A stretch of DNA of 24,520 nucleotides from a virus (Duplodnaviria > Caudoviricetes), in IMG/VR virus record IMGVR_UViG_3300020213_000110, positions 1 through 24,520 of that record; one strand, written 5' to 3'. The translations under genes and the position numbers were made by a program. Every line of letters begins with the position of its first letter. Within the stretch, counting starts at the first letter, position 1. Positions 1-7,858 of the stretch are shown here, one piece after another. Under the pieces are notes generated by a model, which saw only the letters and a list, made by a program, of their open reading frames with translations, was not told the DNA's origin and did no database searches.

Positions 1-179
1 CGCTCTGAGGCCGCAACCATCGCGCGAAAAATAGCCTCCACCGTTTCTTCTGCATCCTCGCCCCATTCGCGATGATACTGTGACAGGTGGTGCAGACCCG
101 CCCGGATCATATCCGGCGTCACCTCAATTCCAAGAGCGCGCTCGTCTGCGGTATTACGAAAGTTCGTGCTGACCATCAT
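1..179 (-). CDS. Phage hypothetical protein, partial (runs off left edge)
   Basis: Own translation MMVSTNFRNTADERALGIEVTPDMIRAGLHHLSQYHREWGEDAEETVEAIFRAMVAASE; AAGGA SD upstream; shares the T-x-x-M-x-RAG motif with 281..496. Confidence 0.65.
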   Translation of the reverse strand, partial: MMVSTNFRNTADERALGIEVTPDMIRAGLHHLSQYHREWGEDAEETVEAIFRAMVAASE

Positions 180-280
180 CTTGTATCCTTTTCGCGTTCG
201 CTGCAATTTTTCTCGCGGGCAGTATTTATTGCATGCCCAATATTACCACCGTTTCCCGATTGTCGGATCGCTGGGAAACA

Positions 281-496
281 TCACGGAACAACAAGCCTGG
301 ACAGTAATTCATTAGAAGCTTCCTTAACCTTCCAGTCCTCAGCCTCTAGCGCCGCTTTCGGGATAAAATTCACGCGGGTGGCATAGGATTCGTAATCAGG
401 GCTGAAGCCAAGCAACTCGGACCTGCCTGCCCTTAACATTGCCTCCGTGATTTCTATCTTACCTTTGCGCGCCGGCTTGACTTCTGTCGCCTTCAT
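281..496 (-). CDS. Phage hypothetical protein (EITEAMLRAG motif)
   Basis: 71 aa ORF, ATGA overlap with the upstream gene, AAGGA SD. Confidence 0.65.
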   Translation of the reverse strand: MKATEVKPARKGKIEITEAMLRAGRSELLGFSPDYESYATRVNFIPKAALEAEDWKVKEASNELLSRLVVP

Positions 497-684
497 GTTC
501 GTGGTTCCTTCAACACGAGGGCGGCGTCGCGCTCGGCAAGTAGCGCGGTGAGCATGGCGGCTACTGCCCGGCGCTGCTTGCCGAGTGGGGTATCTGAACC
601 GTCTTTGCGCTTGGATGCATCGGAAATCTTCGTCAAGTGCGAAGCTGCGCGCTCGACGCTCTCGCGTGATGTGTCAGTGGTCAT
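493..684 (-). CDS. Phage hypothetical protein (MTTDTSRESVE...)
   Basis: Start moved to ATG 684, which follows GGAGAAGG and overlaps the end of 674..1036; fits the coupled operon. Confidence 0.6.
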   Translation of the reverse strand: MTTDTSRESVERAASHLTKISDASKRKDGSDTPLGKQRRAVAAMLTALLAERDAALVLKEPRT

Positions 685-1036
685 GGGCGTGTGCCTTCTC
701 CACAGGGAGGGCGGGCTGAGGAGGGGCGGCGGAAATAGCATCGCGAATACAACAGCGGAGAACCGGATAATCGTCTTCATCGGCCACGCCGCCGGAATTA
801 CGCCAAATCGTCCACGCCACTGTCACCATCTCCTCTGTCGGATCCACAGGCACCAGCTTCCATCCCGCCTCCACGCTCGCCGGCGCGTCGAGTTGGGCGA
901 GGGCTGCGCGGGCGCGTTCAACCTTCATTAGCAAAATTGCCAACACCAAATCTTCACCAGCGTCTTCGATTTTATCATCCTGTAGTTGGGAGATATATTC
1001 CAGCGCTTCTCGCGCCATCCTGATCGCGTCAGTCAT
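674..1036 (-). CDS. Phage hypothetical protein with GWKLVPVDPTEEM motif (Eaa/DUF551-associated type)
   Basis: GGAG SD; motif GWKLVPVDPTEEMV...AISAAP is common in small phage early proteins. Confidence 0.7.
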   Translation of the reverse strand: MTDAIRMAREALEYISQLQDDKIEDAGEDLVLAILLMKVERARAALAQLDAPASVEAGWKLVPVDPTEEMVTVAWTIWRNSGGVADEDDYPVLRCCIRDAISAAPPQPALPVEKAHAHDH

Positions 1037-1454
1037 TTCGTGTCTCCGTTAAGGCGCTCATGTCGTCGCACCAGTCTGTCCCGGGAGAGTTGAGCGCGTT
1101 CAACGCCTCCCGCAACCGCGCTATCTCTGCGGCCTGTGCGGCGATGAGGCCCGCACTATCCTTTTGCCAGCGAACAATGTCTTTGGCCGTTACTGCATTT
1201 GCTGACCCCGGCACGTCTTCACCGCCGGCGGCAGCGAGTTTGATTTCGTAAATTTCATCGCTCAACGCGGTGATGTGGTTGATAGCATTTTCGACTGCTG
1301 AAGCCACAGCAATCGAAATGCTGTCGGTGTCGTGGCCCCAACGGTTGCTGAGTTTCTGTAACTTCGCCAACGTCTTCTCGATCTCGCCATCAGGCGCGCC
1401 TTCCGGGCGGTCCCAATAATAGACGTAGGGGAATAATTCCGGCCTGTCCGTCAT
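1029..1454 (-). CDS. Phage hypothetical coiled-coil protein
   Basis: Start moved to ATG 1454 (ATGA overlap with 1451..1699, GAGGGG SD); C-terminal AAEIARLREAL heptads. Confidence 0.6.
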   Translation of the reverse strand: MTDRPELFPYVYYWDRPEGAPDGEIEKTLAKLQKLSNRWGHDTDSISIAVASAVENAINHITALSDEIYEIKLAAAGGEDVPGSANAVTAKDIVRWQKDSAGLIAAQAAEIARLREALNALNSPGTDWCDDMSALTETRND

Positions 1455-1699
1455 TTCCCCTCGTCCTTCTGTAGCGCGGCGCGACCGGCGTCGGTGATGG
1501 AATAAAACGTGTCTGATTTGGCTGTGGCCGAAGACACGATTAAGTTTCGGAGCGCCAGTGCATTGAATGTCGCGTGATGGACTTTCATTGTGAACCCACG
1601 GTCTTTCAGCCAAATATTTCCGGTTAGGACCGAGTGAACCAAGATTTGTCCGTTTATAATCGCCGATAGTAGTTCTCTCTGCGCTTCTGTCAGGCTCAT
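1451..1699 (-). CDS. Small winged-helix-like phage protein
   Basis: LTEAQRELL N-terminus and YSITDAGRAAL wing motif; coupled overlaps at both ends. Confidence 0.65.
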   Translation of the reverse strand: MSLTEAQRELLSAIINGQILVHSVLTGNIWLKDRGFTMKVHHATFNALALRNLIVSSATAKSDTFYSITDAGRAALQKDEGK

Positions 1700-1833
1700 G
1701 GGGCGGTCCTCGGGGAGGGGGAGAAATCAAAGCCGGACGGAGTTTCCAGCGAAGGCAGCATCCAGCGTGCCGGCGGCTCCGGCCAAGGCACCAGCCGCGC
1801 ATACATGCGCGAAACGGCAGTTCCGATCGCCAT
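1696..1833 (-). CDS. 45-aa hypothetical protein (not in ORF track)
   Basis: MAIGTAVSRMYVRLVPWPEPPARWMLPSLETPSGFDFSPSPRTAP fills the gap exactly, with a TGATG overlap at 1833 and an ATGA overlap at 1696-1699. Confidence 0.5.
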   Translation of the reverse strand: MAIGTAVSRMYARLVPWPEPPARWMLPSLETPSGFDFSPSPRTAP

Positions 1834-2228
1834 CACGCAGCCTCCTTCGCTTCAAACCGCACAAGCCGCGCGCGGCCGGCGGTGATCTTATTTTCGTAAA
1901 GCTGTAATTCGTCGGCGGCCTTATCAGGCTCACATCCATTTCGCAGCCAAATGATAACATACGAAAGGTCAGGGAGGGCCGCCGTCATGAGCGCCAGGTC
2001 GGCCTGCGCTGATGCTAATTCAGCCTCCAGCGCCGCAATGCGAACCCCCCTAGCCTGCGCGGTCATAACCGCGTTTGGTCCATGCGGAAATTCATCCGCC
2101 CGCCCGCGCCACTTGTCAAAAAATTCAATGCCCATGCCTTCGCCGGCCTTGCCGGCGTCGTAAAAATTGCGATAGTAGCAATCAAAATAGACACCGGCCG
2201 GAATCGGTTCCCTCGTATCAGCCATCAC
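1833..2228 (-). CDS. Phage hypothetical protein
   Basis: 131 aa, strong AAGGAGG SD in the 10-nt gap after the integrase. Confidence 0.7.
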   Translation of the reverse strand: MMADTREPIPAGVYFDCYYRNFYDAGKAGEGMGIEFFDKWRGRADEFPHGPNAVMTAQARGVRIAALEAELASAQADLALMTAALPDLSYVIIWLRNGCEPDKAADELQLYENKITAGRARLVRFEAKEAA

Positions 2229-2238
2229 ATCCTCCTTG

Positions 2239-3312
2239 CTATTCCTTCACCGCCGGCGCCCACTTGGCGTCCAGCTTAAGCACCGCGGCCTCCGCCAACT
2301 CAATCCGGCCGCCAAGATAATGCGCGTCAAGAATCGCCTCGACGTCCTTTAGGCTGTGGCCCGTGATGGCCGCGATCTCAGGCACCGTGCAGCCGGCCAG
2401 CGCCAAGCGCGTAACAGCCGTGCCGCGCAGATCGTGGAAGTGTAAATCTTCGTTGATGCGCGACAGCTTAAACGCCTTGCTCCATGACGCGCGGAATCCA
2501 TCTTCGGTCCACGCCTTGCCAAGGCTGTTTAACAGGATCGCGCTTTGCGATTCCTTGCCGGCCTTCGCGTCGTCCAGCGCAGCCTTAAGCGGCCCGCCAA
2601 CCGGGATCGTCACTCGCTTGCCGGTCTTGCCCTGCTTGAGTCGTATCACGCGGCCGTCATACGAGACCCACGTTAACCTAAGCAGGTCGCCCTGCCGCTG
2701 GCCGGTCCACAACGCCAGCACCAGCGCAACCTGCAGCGGCGCGGACGCGGCCGCGCAAAACTGCGCGATGTGATGCGGCTCCCAAATCTTTTCCGCGCGA
2801 TCAGAGCCGTACAGCCGGCCGCCGCGCTCGCATACATTGATGCTGATCTTGCCGCGGTCCTTGGCGACGGACAGCACGCGCGCCAGCACGGTCCACGCGT
2901 AGTCCGCATCGCGCGGATGATCCGCCATCGAATCGCGCCAGGCTTTGAATTTACCGCGCGCGCGCGGGTCCTGCGCCAACGCTAGCGGCATATTCCCAAA
3001 CTCAGACGCGATCTTTTTTAGATAACGGTCATACGACTTGCGAGTCTTCTCCACGATGTTGGTTTTGTATTCGGCGCTGTTGCGAAAGATCGTAATCAGC
3101 GCTTCCATCGTGCCATCGGCATCAGGCTGCCTTTTGCGCCAGGCATCCGCATAAGCAACCGCAAACCGCGGATCGCCAGGCAACAGCGGCACGCCATCCT
3201 TGTCCGCCAGCAACGGCGCCTTCGCGCCACGCCACGCATAGTAATAACTGCGCTTAGTACCGTCAGCCAGGCGTTTTGTGACTTTATTAACGCCCCGCAG
3301 CCTTACGCGCAT
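2239..3312 (-). CDS. int: Tyrosine recombinase / phage integrase
   Basis: Catalytic motifs TGQRQGD (R), HDLR (H-x-x-R), TGHS (H) and HYL (Y); arm-binding-like N-terminus (KRSYYYAWRG). Start moved to ATG 3312 (MRVRLRG), overlapping the xis end. Confidence 0.93.
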   Translation of the reverse strand: MRVRLRGVNKVTKRLADGTKRSYYYAWRGAKAPLLADKDGVPLLPGDPRFAVAYADAWRKRQPDADGTMEALITIFRNSAEYKTNIVEKTRKSYDRYLKKIASEFGNMPLALAQDPRARGKFKAWRDSMADHPRDADYAWTVLARVLSVAKDRGKISINVCERGGRLYGSDRAEKIWEPHHIAQFCAAASAPLQVALVLALWTGQRQGDLLRLTWVSYDGRVIRLKQGKTGKRVTIPVGGPLKAALDDAKAGKESQSAILLNSLGKAWTEDGFRASWSKAFKLSRINEDLHFHDLRGTAVTRLALAGCTVPEIAAITGHSLKDVEAILDAHYLGGRIELAEAAVLKLDAKWAPAVKE

Positions 3313-3550
3313 CGTACCCGCGCTCCCACTTTTCAAAGGCGTCTTCGCCGGATTGACCATCGAAACCCGCCTCCCTGTCAAGCATGGCGTCGATCGCCTT
3401 GCGGTCCCATTTTTTCGTGCTGCGATACGGCGGCGGCATCAAACCGGAACCGGCCCACTTCTTAAACGTGGGCCCGGTCACGCCAACATAAGCCGCCGCA
3501 GCCTTGCACGTTAAAAGGCGGGGCGGCTGATTGTCGTTGGCGGGGGTCAA
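3287..3550 (-). CDS. xis: Excisionase / AlpA-like HTH DNA-binding protein
   Basis: PRLLTCKAAAAYVGVTGPTFKKW...MPPP...KKWDRKAID HTH pattern directly upstream of int; probable TTG start at 3550 overlapping the previous stop. Confidence 0.8.
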   Translation of the reverse strand: MTPANDNQPPRLLTCKAAAAYVGVTGPTFKKWAGSGLMPPPYRSTKKWDRKAIDAMLDREAGFDGQSGEDAFEKWERGYDARKAAGR

Positions 3551-3774
3551 GTGGCGCACTCGTATGCTGCAATAGCCATGTCGGCTTCGTGCGTATGCCG
3601 TTGCCAATCAAAAATCACATACTCGTACGTCTCCGTGATTCGACTATCGTGTCCGGTATCGGACAGCCGGCCCGCGACATAGTTGCGCGCCTTGAACCGA
3701 AGCATAGCGTCTGGAACGCCGCCAGCAGCCCGACAAATGGCGCGCGCAACCGCTTCTCTCTTTTCGTTGGTCAC
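3547..3774 (-). CDS. Phage hypothetical protein (EAVARAIC motif)
   Basis: GTGA overlap with the RNA ligase stop, GGAGGAGG SD. Confidence 0.7.
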   Translation of the reverse strand: MTNEKREAVARAICRAAGGVPDAMLRFKARNYVAGRLSDTGHDSRITETYEYVIFDWQRHTHEADMAIAAYECAT

Positions 3775-4901
3775 GCCGCCTCCTCCATTGCTCGATTGAT
3801 CGTATAGCTGGGCGTATAGCCGGCCAGCCGGTTGCCTGTAGGCCGCACCGCGCGATACAGCGCCGCGCGCGTGCGCGGATGGTGCCGCAGCCCGCCGTGA
3901 TTCCGCATCGGGAAAATAAACGCCCGCACGGCCGGCTCTATGTCTTTCAACGCCAGGCCAACCATCTTGTCGTCATGGCCGGCAAGCGCCCACGCAGTTG
4001 TCGCCGTTGCATCTTCAATCTCCGTTACGCTCGACTCCAGCGCCGCAACAATCGCGTCAAAGTCCACCCAAAACTCCTCCGGCAATTGCCGGCGAATCGC
4101 ATCAAGATCATCGCCCGCGGCCATCGCTTCCCACATCGCCAGCGGCGTAATGCGCGATACCAGCGCGTGGATGCGCTTGTATTCATCGCCCTTCACCTTA
4201 AGCCGCGTGCCGTCGCCAAACCGCAGCACAAAGCCTTCCTGGCTGGCCGGTAGCGTTGGCGCCAGCGCAAGCAATTCGGAGACCGACGTGTAGTATATCT
4301 GCGCGGCGGCGCGCCAGGACATTGATATGGACGCCGCGAAAATTGTGTCTGCGCTCAACTCCTTGCCGTCTTCGGCATAGACGCCAAGCAATACCAACTC
4401 CGGCCGATCATAATGAACCACGATGCGATTGTCCGGCGCAACGTATTCCGCAAGCCACGTTTCGCCCGGCGTAAACCAATAATCCAGCGCGCCGGCGTTC
4501 GCATCCAACAGCGCTTGCGCCGCCTTCGCCTGGTCGCTGCTAAAGCTGCCCTTCGTTGCGCAGCGCCAGCGGCCGCCATGATGGAAGATAATAATCAAGC
4601 TGCCGTCCAGTTTCTCAAACGTCTCAAACGGTAGGTCAGGCCAGCCTTCGCCGCGCTCGCCCACATTGAAAAACTTCGGGAAGGGCGTCGCCACAACGCG
4701 CTCTGCGACAACATCAACAATCAAACCGCGCGCCATCGCCGTAAACGGCGTCCAGGCGCGATCGTAAGCGCAGCTTTTGCTATAGCAAAACAGCCGCAGG
4801 TCGCCGTCCTCCTGCACATTCGCATGACCGGCGTCGACGGCCGCCCACAAGCCGGTCATCAACTCGTCGTAAGGCATCGCGCGGGCGGGATGGATGATCA
4901 T
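3771..4901 (-). CDS. T4 Rnl1-like RNA ligase
   Basis: ARGL and PFPKFFN (Rnl1 signature), motif I EKLDGS, motif IV EGFV, motif V KVKGDEY. Confidence 0.9.
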   Translation of the reverse strand: MIIHPARAMPYDELMTGLWAAVDAGHANVQEDGDLRLFCYSKSCAYDRAWTPFTAMARGLIVDVVAERVVATPFPKFFNVGERGEGWPDLPFETFEKLDGSLIIIFHHGGRWRCATKGSFSSDQAKAAQALLDANAGALDYWFTPGETWLAEYVAPDNRIVVHYDRPELVLLGVYAEDGKELSADTIFAASISMSWRAAAQIYYTSVSELLALAPTLPASQEGFVLRFGDGTRLKVKGDEYKRIHALVSRITPLAMWEAMAAGDDLDAIRRQLPEEFWVDFDAIVAALESSVTEIEDATATTAWALAGHDDKMVGLALKDIEPAVRAFIFPMRNHGGLRHHPRTRAALYRAVRPTGNRLAGYTPSYTINRAMEEAA

Positions 4902-4905
4902 TCGT

Positions 4906-5097
4906 TTAACTCCGGCTCGCCGTGGCGCGCCAATTGAATGTCGCGTCTTGTTCCTCCGTGTCCCACTGGCCGCGCGCTACTTTATCGCGCGCTTCTTCCT
5001 TGCTGGTCGCGCGAAGAAAAACTGTGCCGCGTCCGCTGAAAAGCATCGGCACCATCCAGTCGTGCTCCTCTTCCGGTTCGGCTTTTCTCTTTCCCAT
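4906..5097 (-). CDS. Small hypothetical protein overlapping the 3' end of the kinase/phosphatase ORF
   Basis: ATG 5097 preceded by GGGGAGG; 63 aa including VFLRATSKEEARDKV; stop lies 4 nt before the ligase start. Confidence 0.55.
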   Translation of the reverse strand: MGKRKAEPEEEHDWMVPMLFSGRGTVFLRATSKEEARDKVARGQWDTEEQDATFNWRATASRS

Positions 5098-6049
5098 CGC
5101 GCGGCCTCCCCTTAGCTTGCGTTGTGCGCATGTCAAACACGGTCACATTCTCAAGGCCGTCGCCGCGCAAAATGTCCTTAAGCTGCGACCGGAACGTCTG
5201 CTCGTGCTTGCCAATCAAATCGAATGGCGCGCCATCCGCATCACGCGCATCGTTGCGCCAGCCGCCCTGGGCGCGCTTGATCGCCATCGGCCGATTGACG
5301 ACCATGTAAATCACCGGCCCACCGTTCGCCAAAGCCGCGGCGGCCATACGATCCTTGCGGCGCAAATGCGTTGCGTCGATGATCGTAGGCAGGTTGTGTT
5401 TAAGGCGTGTACGCACCAGCGCATGCACCGCCGCGAACACTTCTACGTTTTTGCTTTGATCGCGAAAATCGCCGCACATATCCGCGCGGACTTCGTCGCT
5501 GCTAATAACACCATGCATTTTCATCTGCGCAACCAGCGCGCTCTTCCCGCCGCCGCTCGGGCCAACCATAATCACAAGCGGCACAGTCGCCGGCAGCGGC
5601 GGATCCGCTGGCGCGGCCTGCAAGCAAACAAGACCAGCCTCGCGCCACATATCTACAACGGATTGGCGGTCGTCTATTACGATGAACGGCTCGTAGCCGT
5701 CCTCGCGCATACCGGCCAGCAGTTGCGCCTTGACGATATGATCCGCCCGCGTGTCGCCCGCAGGGCTCATGTAAAGCGCGTCATACTTGATGTTGTGCTC
5801 ATCTAGCCACGCTTCCGTAGCCGCGCGATAATCTTCCGGCCGGCCGCTGCAAAGCACCACATCGCACTTGTCGTGCGCGTACCAAATCAAATCGGCAACC
5901 GGCTCGATAAGCCCGTCGTCACCCATGCCGGCAAAGAATGAATCCCAATCGCGTTTGCCACCCGGCAGCACATGATAAAGCCTGTGACGGCAGTCGGCCA
6001 GCGTACCGTCAATGTCGCAGATGATCGCTTTCTTCATTGCGGTGCCCAT
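4982..6049 (-). CDS. Polynucleotide 3'-phosphatase/5'-kinase (HAD phosphatase N-terminal, P-loop kinase C-terminal)
   Basis: DIDGT HAD motif I, CSGR, IDDR...VVDMWR as in T4 Pnk-type phosphatases; kinase part has VGPSGGGKS Walker A, ISSDEVR and IIDATHL. Start set at ATG 6049 (TGATG overlap). Confidence 0.88.
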   Translation of the reverse strand: MGTAMKKAIICDIDGTLADCRHRLYHVLPGGKRDWDSFFAGMGDDGLIEPVADLIWYAHDKCDVVLCSGRPEDYRAATEAWLDEHNIKYDALYMSPAGDTRADHIVKAQLLAGMREDGYEPFIVIDDRQSVVDMWREAGLVCLQAAPADPPLPATVPLVIMVGPSGGGKSALVAQMKMHGVISSDEVRADMCGDFRDQSKNVEVFAAVHALVRTRLKHNLPTIIDATHLRRKDRMAAAALANGGPVIYMVVNRPMAIKRAQGGWRNDARDADGAPFDLIGKHEQTFRSQLKDILRGDGLENVTVFDMRTTQAKGRPRDGKEKSRTGRGARLDGADAFQRTRHSFSSRDQQGRSAR

Positions 6050-6183
6050 CAATGCCAGTTGCGAGGATCGTCCAGTGGATCCGGCGAGCGCCGCTTGGCC
6101 AGCCAGCGGCCGGCGCGCTTGGCCACAATGACAGCGGCTCCGCCTAGCCCAAACCAGGCAGCAAAAATCAAAGCGTCAAACAT
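6049..6183 (-). CDS. 44-aa putative membrane peptide
   Basis: ATG 6183 with AGGAG SD; hydrophobic MFDALIFAAWFGLGGAAVIVA followed by a basic tail. Confidence 0.6.
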   Translation of the reverse strand: MFDALIFAAWFGLGGAAVIVAKRAGRWLAKRRSPDPLDDPRNWH

Positions 6184-6204
6184 CGCTGTTCTCCTAAAAG
6201 TAAA

Positions 6205-6274
6205 ATCGCGGGAACGGGCGGCGTCGCCATCCTTCTCAAGCGCGCCCAAAAGGATACGCGCGCCTGCCCGCGAT
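6205..6274 (-). other. Intergenic branched RNA structure (possible attenuator/processing signal)
   Basis: 8-bp outer stem ATCGCGGG/CCCGCGAT (6205-6212/6267-6274); inner 9-bp hairpin 6237-6266 with a G-U pair only on the minus strand; followed on the minus strand by TTTTACTTTT. Confidence 0.4.
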
Positions 6275-6280
6275 GTTTGG

Positions 6281-6517
6281 CTAGCTTTCTAATTCAGAAA
6301 GCAACCGGCCCGCCGCTGCGCGGGCGCCCGGCGCGTCATCCATCAAGGCGTTCAACGCTGCGCATAATGACTCATGCGCGTTCACTGCGCGCAGCGCGTA
6401 CGCCGCGTCCGCATCGTCATAAAACGTAGCGATCAAGTCGCTATGCTTGTCGGTGCCGCGCCCGCCATACAGCGCGCGCGTTTGCACCTTGCCGCGCTGC
6501 CACGGCGCCGGCGTCAT
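6281..6517 (-). CDS. Phage hypothetical protein (TPAPW...DAAYALRAVNAHESL type)
   Basis: ATGA-coupled start at 6517; TP(G/A)PW N-terminus and A-x-N-x-H-x-x-L pattern common in phage early proteins. Confidence 0.7.
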   Translation of the reverse strand: MTPAPWQRGKVQTRALYGGRGTDKHSDLIATFYDDADAAYALRAVNAHESLCAALNALMDDAPGARAAAGRLLSELES

Positions 6518-6768
6518 GACGCGCCACCTGCGGCAATAACCAGCCACGCCCACACAATAGGCACCAGCGCCACAACCACCGCGGCCTCCGCAATCTGCCG
6601 CACCGCGCTCGCATCCCGCCGCTCACGCTCCAGTAGCGCCGCGATCTCAACATGCCATTCAATGACTTCGGCCGCAGTAAAGCCAGCGCACAATAGCGCT
6701 ACCGGTACGTTGCGCGTATCGGCCGCGCGGGCGGCCTGGACCATGTCTGCGGGAGGGACGGGCCTCAT
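6514..6768 (-). CDS. Hypothetical protein with C-terminal transmembrane segment
   Basis: ATGA-coupled start at 6768; hydrophobic AAVVVALVPIVWAWLVIAA. Confidence 0.6.
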   Translation of the reverse strand: MRPVPPADMVQAARAADTRNVPVALLCAGFTAAEVIEWHVEIAALLERERRDASAVRQIAEAAVVVALVPIVWAWLVIAAGGAS

Positions 6769-6863
6769 AGCGAGCCCAACGCCATCACAACGGCCAGGAT
6801 AAAGGCGCAGGCTAGGGCGCCGTAGGCCGCCGCCAAAAAGCAATCTTCAATCGCGTGCCGCAT
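6765..6863 (-). CDS. 32-aa hydrophobic peptide, first gene of the leftward operon
   Basis: MRHAIEDCFLAAAYGALACAFILAVVMALGSL; GGGGAG SD about 9 nt upstream; stop overlaps the next ATG. Confidence 0.5.
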   Translation of the reverse strand: MRHAIEDCFLAAAYGALACAFILAVVMALGSL

Positions 6864-6885
6864 GGCATTGGCTCCCCTAGATGCC

Positions 6886-6931
6886 CTAGGAGCCACCATA
6901 CGCGAATCGATAAGAAAAGCAAGGAAAAAAA
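6886..6931 (-). promoter_or_regulatory. Leftward early promoter (PL-like)
   Basis: Minus strand TTTTTTTCC-TTGCTT-16 nt-TATGGT-GGCTCCTAG; flanks near-identical to the rightward promoter at 7774-7819. Confidence 0.7.
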
Positions 6932-6948
6932 TAAATAACTTATCGATT
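6905..6948. promoter_or_regulatory. Candidate repressor operator half-sites (ATCGAT core)
   Basis: Perfect 10-bp inverted repeat AATCGATAAG (6905-6914) / CTTATCGATT (6939-6948); GCGAATCGAT occurs at both 6902-6911 and 7785-7794, inside both promoters. Confidence 0.55.
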
Positions 6949-7735
6949 AGGCCCAAGAAGCGGTCGAAAAGACCACCTTATGAACAGACACCACATGGTC
7001 GCCGTCGAACACAAGTTTTTCCGGCGGATTAAGCTGCTCGACGGTTAGCTTGCCGTCGCTCCGAGACACGAGCCGCTTTACGTAGCCGCTAGGCGGGTCG
7101 CCATCGCGACCGGCTATTTGAATCACCACATAGTCCCCGCGCCGCGCCGGCTTGTTCGGGTGGGCAAACACGTAATTTCCGGGTTCAAAGCGGTCCGTCA
7201 TGGACGTGCCCGCGACCATGGTGGCGTATAGGCCCGCCACGTCCTCAAGGCCGGACGGGCACTGGACGCGCTCTACGATCTCGCCATTGAAAGAAGTATA
7301 GCCGTCGCTCGCTCCGCCAACGACAACTCCATAAACGGGCACGACAGGGTCGGGATAATTGCGGGAAATCGCAATTTGCTGCCCCGCGTTCGCGGGAATG
7401 GACATGCCGGCTACCATTTTAGCGCTGGGTGGGCCGCCGTCGTAGTATTTGGCAGTGGGCGGCAATTCTACTTCCGGGTGCTCGGTCGACCAGATCTTAG
7501 ACGTCTTGCCTTCAGCCTCGGCATACTCGTTGATCCAGTCGTTGGCCGTTTTCAAGTCCAAGCCAATCTGCGTGGCCACCTCTTTCCAATAGCCGGGCCG
7601 CGCGGTTTTTCCTTTAATTACCTAATTTAACCCGGCCTGGTCGGTTTTGCTTAGGCCAAAGTGTATCGCGCCCTTCTTTTGCGAGAGCTTGTGAGTGTTC
7701 AGATAGCGTTGAATTGCCTGCCCAAATTTGTTCAT
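6947..7735 (-). pseudogene. cI: CI/LexA-like repressor (HTH + S24 peptidase) interrupted by in-frame TAG at 7622-7624
   Basis: ATG 7735 MNKFGQAIQRYLNTHKLSQKKGAIHFGLSKTDQAGLN*VIKGKTARPGYWKEVATQIG continues in frame into the S24 domain (GTSMTDRFEPG catalytic Ser, YVKRL catalytic Lys). Confidence 0.8.
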
Positions 7736-7773
7736 GGACCCTACGTAACACAAAAATTTATCAATGCAAGTCG

Positions 7774-7819
7774 TTTTTTTCCTTGCGAATCGATCAAAGT
7801 CTTGTATGGTGGCTCTTAG
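7774..7819 (+). promoter_or_regulatory. Rightward early promoter (PR-like)
   Basis: TTTTTTTCC-TTGCGA(7783)-16 nt-TATGGT(7805)-GGCTCTTAG; mirrors the leftward promoter. Confidence 0.7.
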
Positions 7820-7858
7820 AGAAGGCGCCGCGATGTGCGGACTCGGGGGAGCGCCACA

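Noticed and set aside
4922-5806. 294-aa plus-strand ORF (and similar long antisense ORFs such as 8634..9440, 17081..17671, 18030..18752, 23459..24061)
   Set aside because: These are antisense shadows of well-supported genes or of the GC-rich array, with no motifs or SD support.
7622-7624. Genome-wide TAG recoding
   Set aside because: TAG is a clear terminator elsewhere (helicase 18045-18047 after DIPF and before an SD; C5 MTase 21920-21922), and I noticed no other gene split by TAG.
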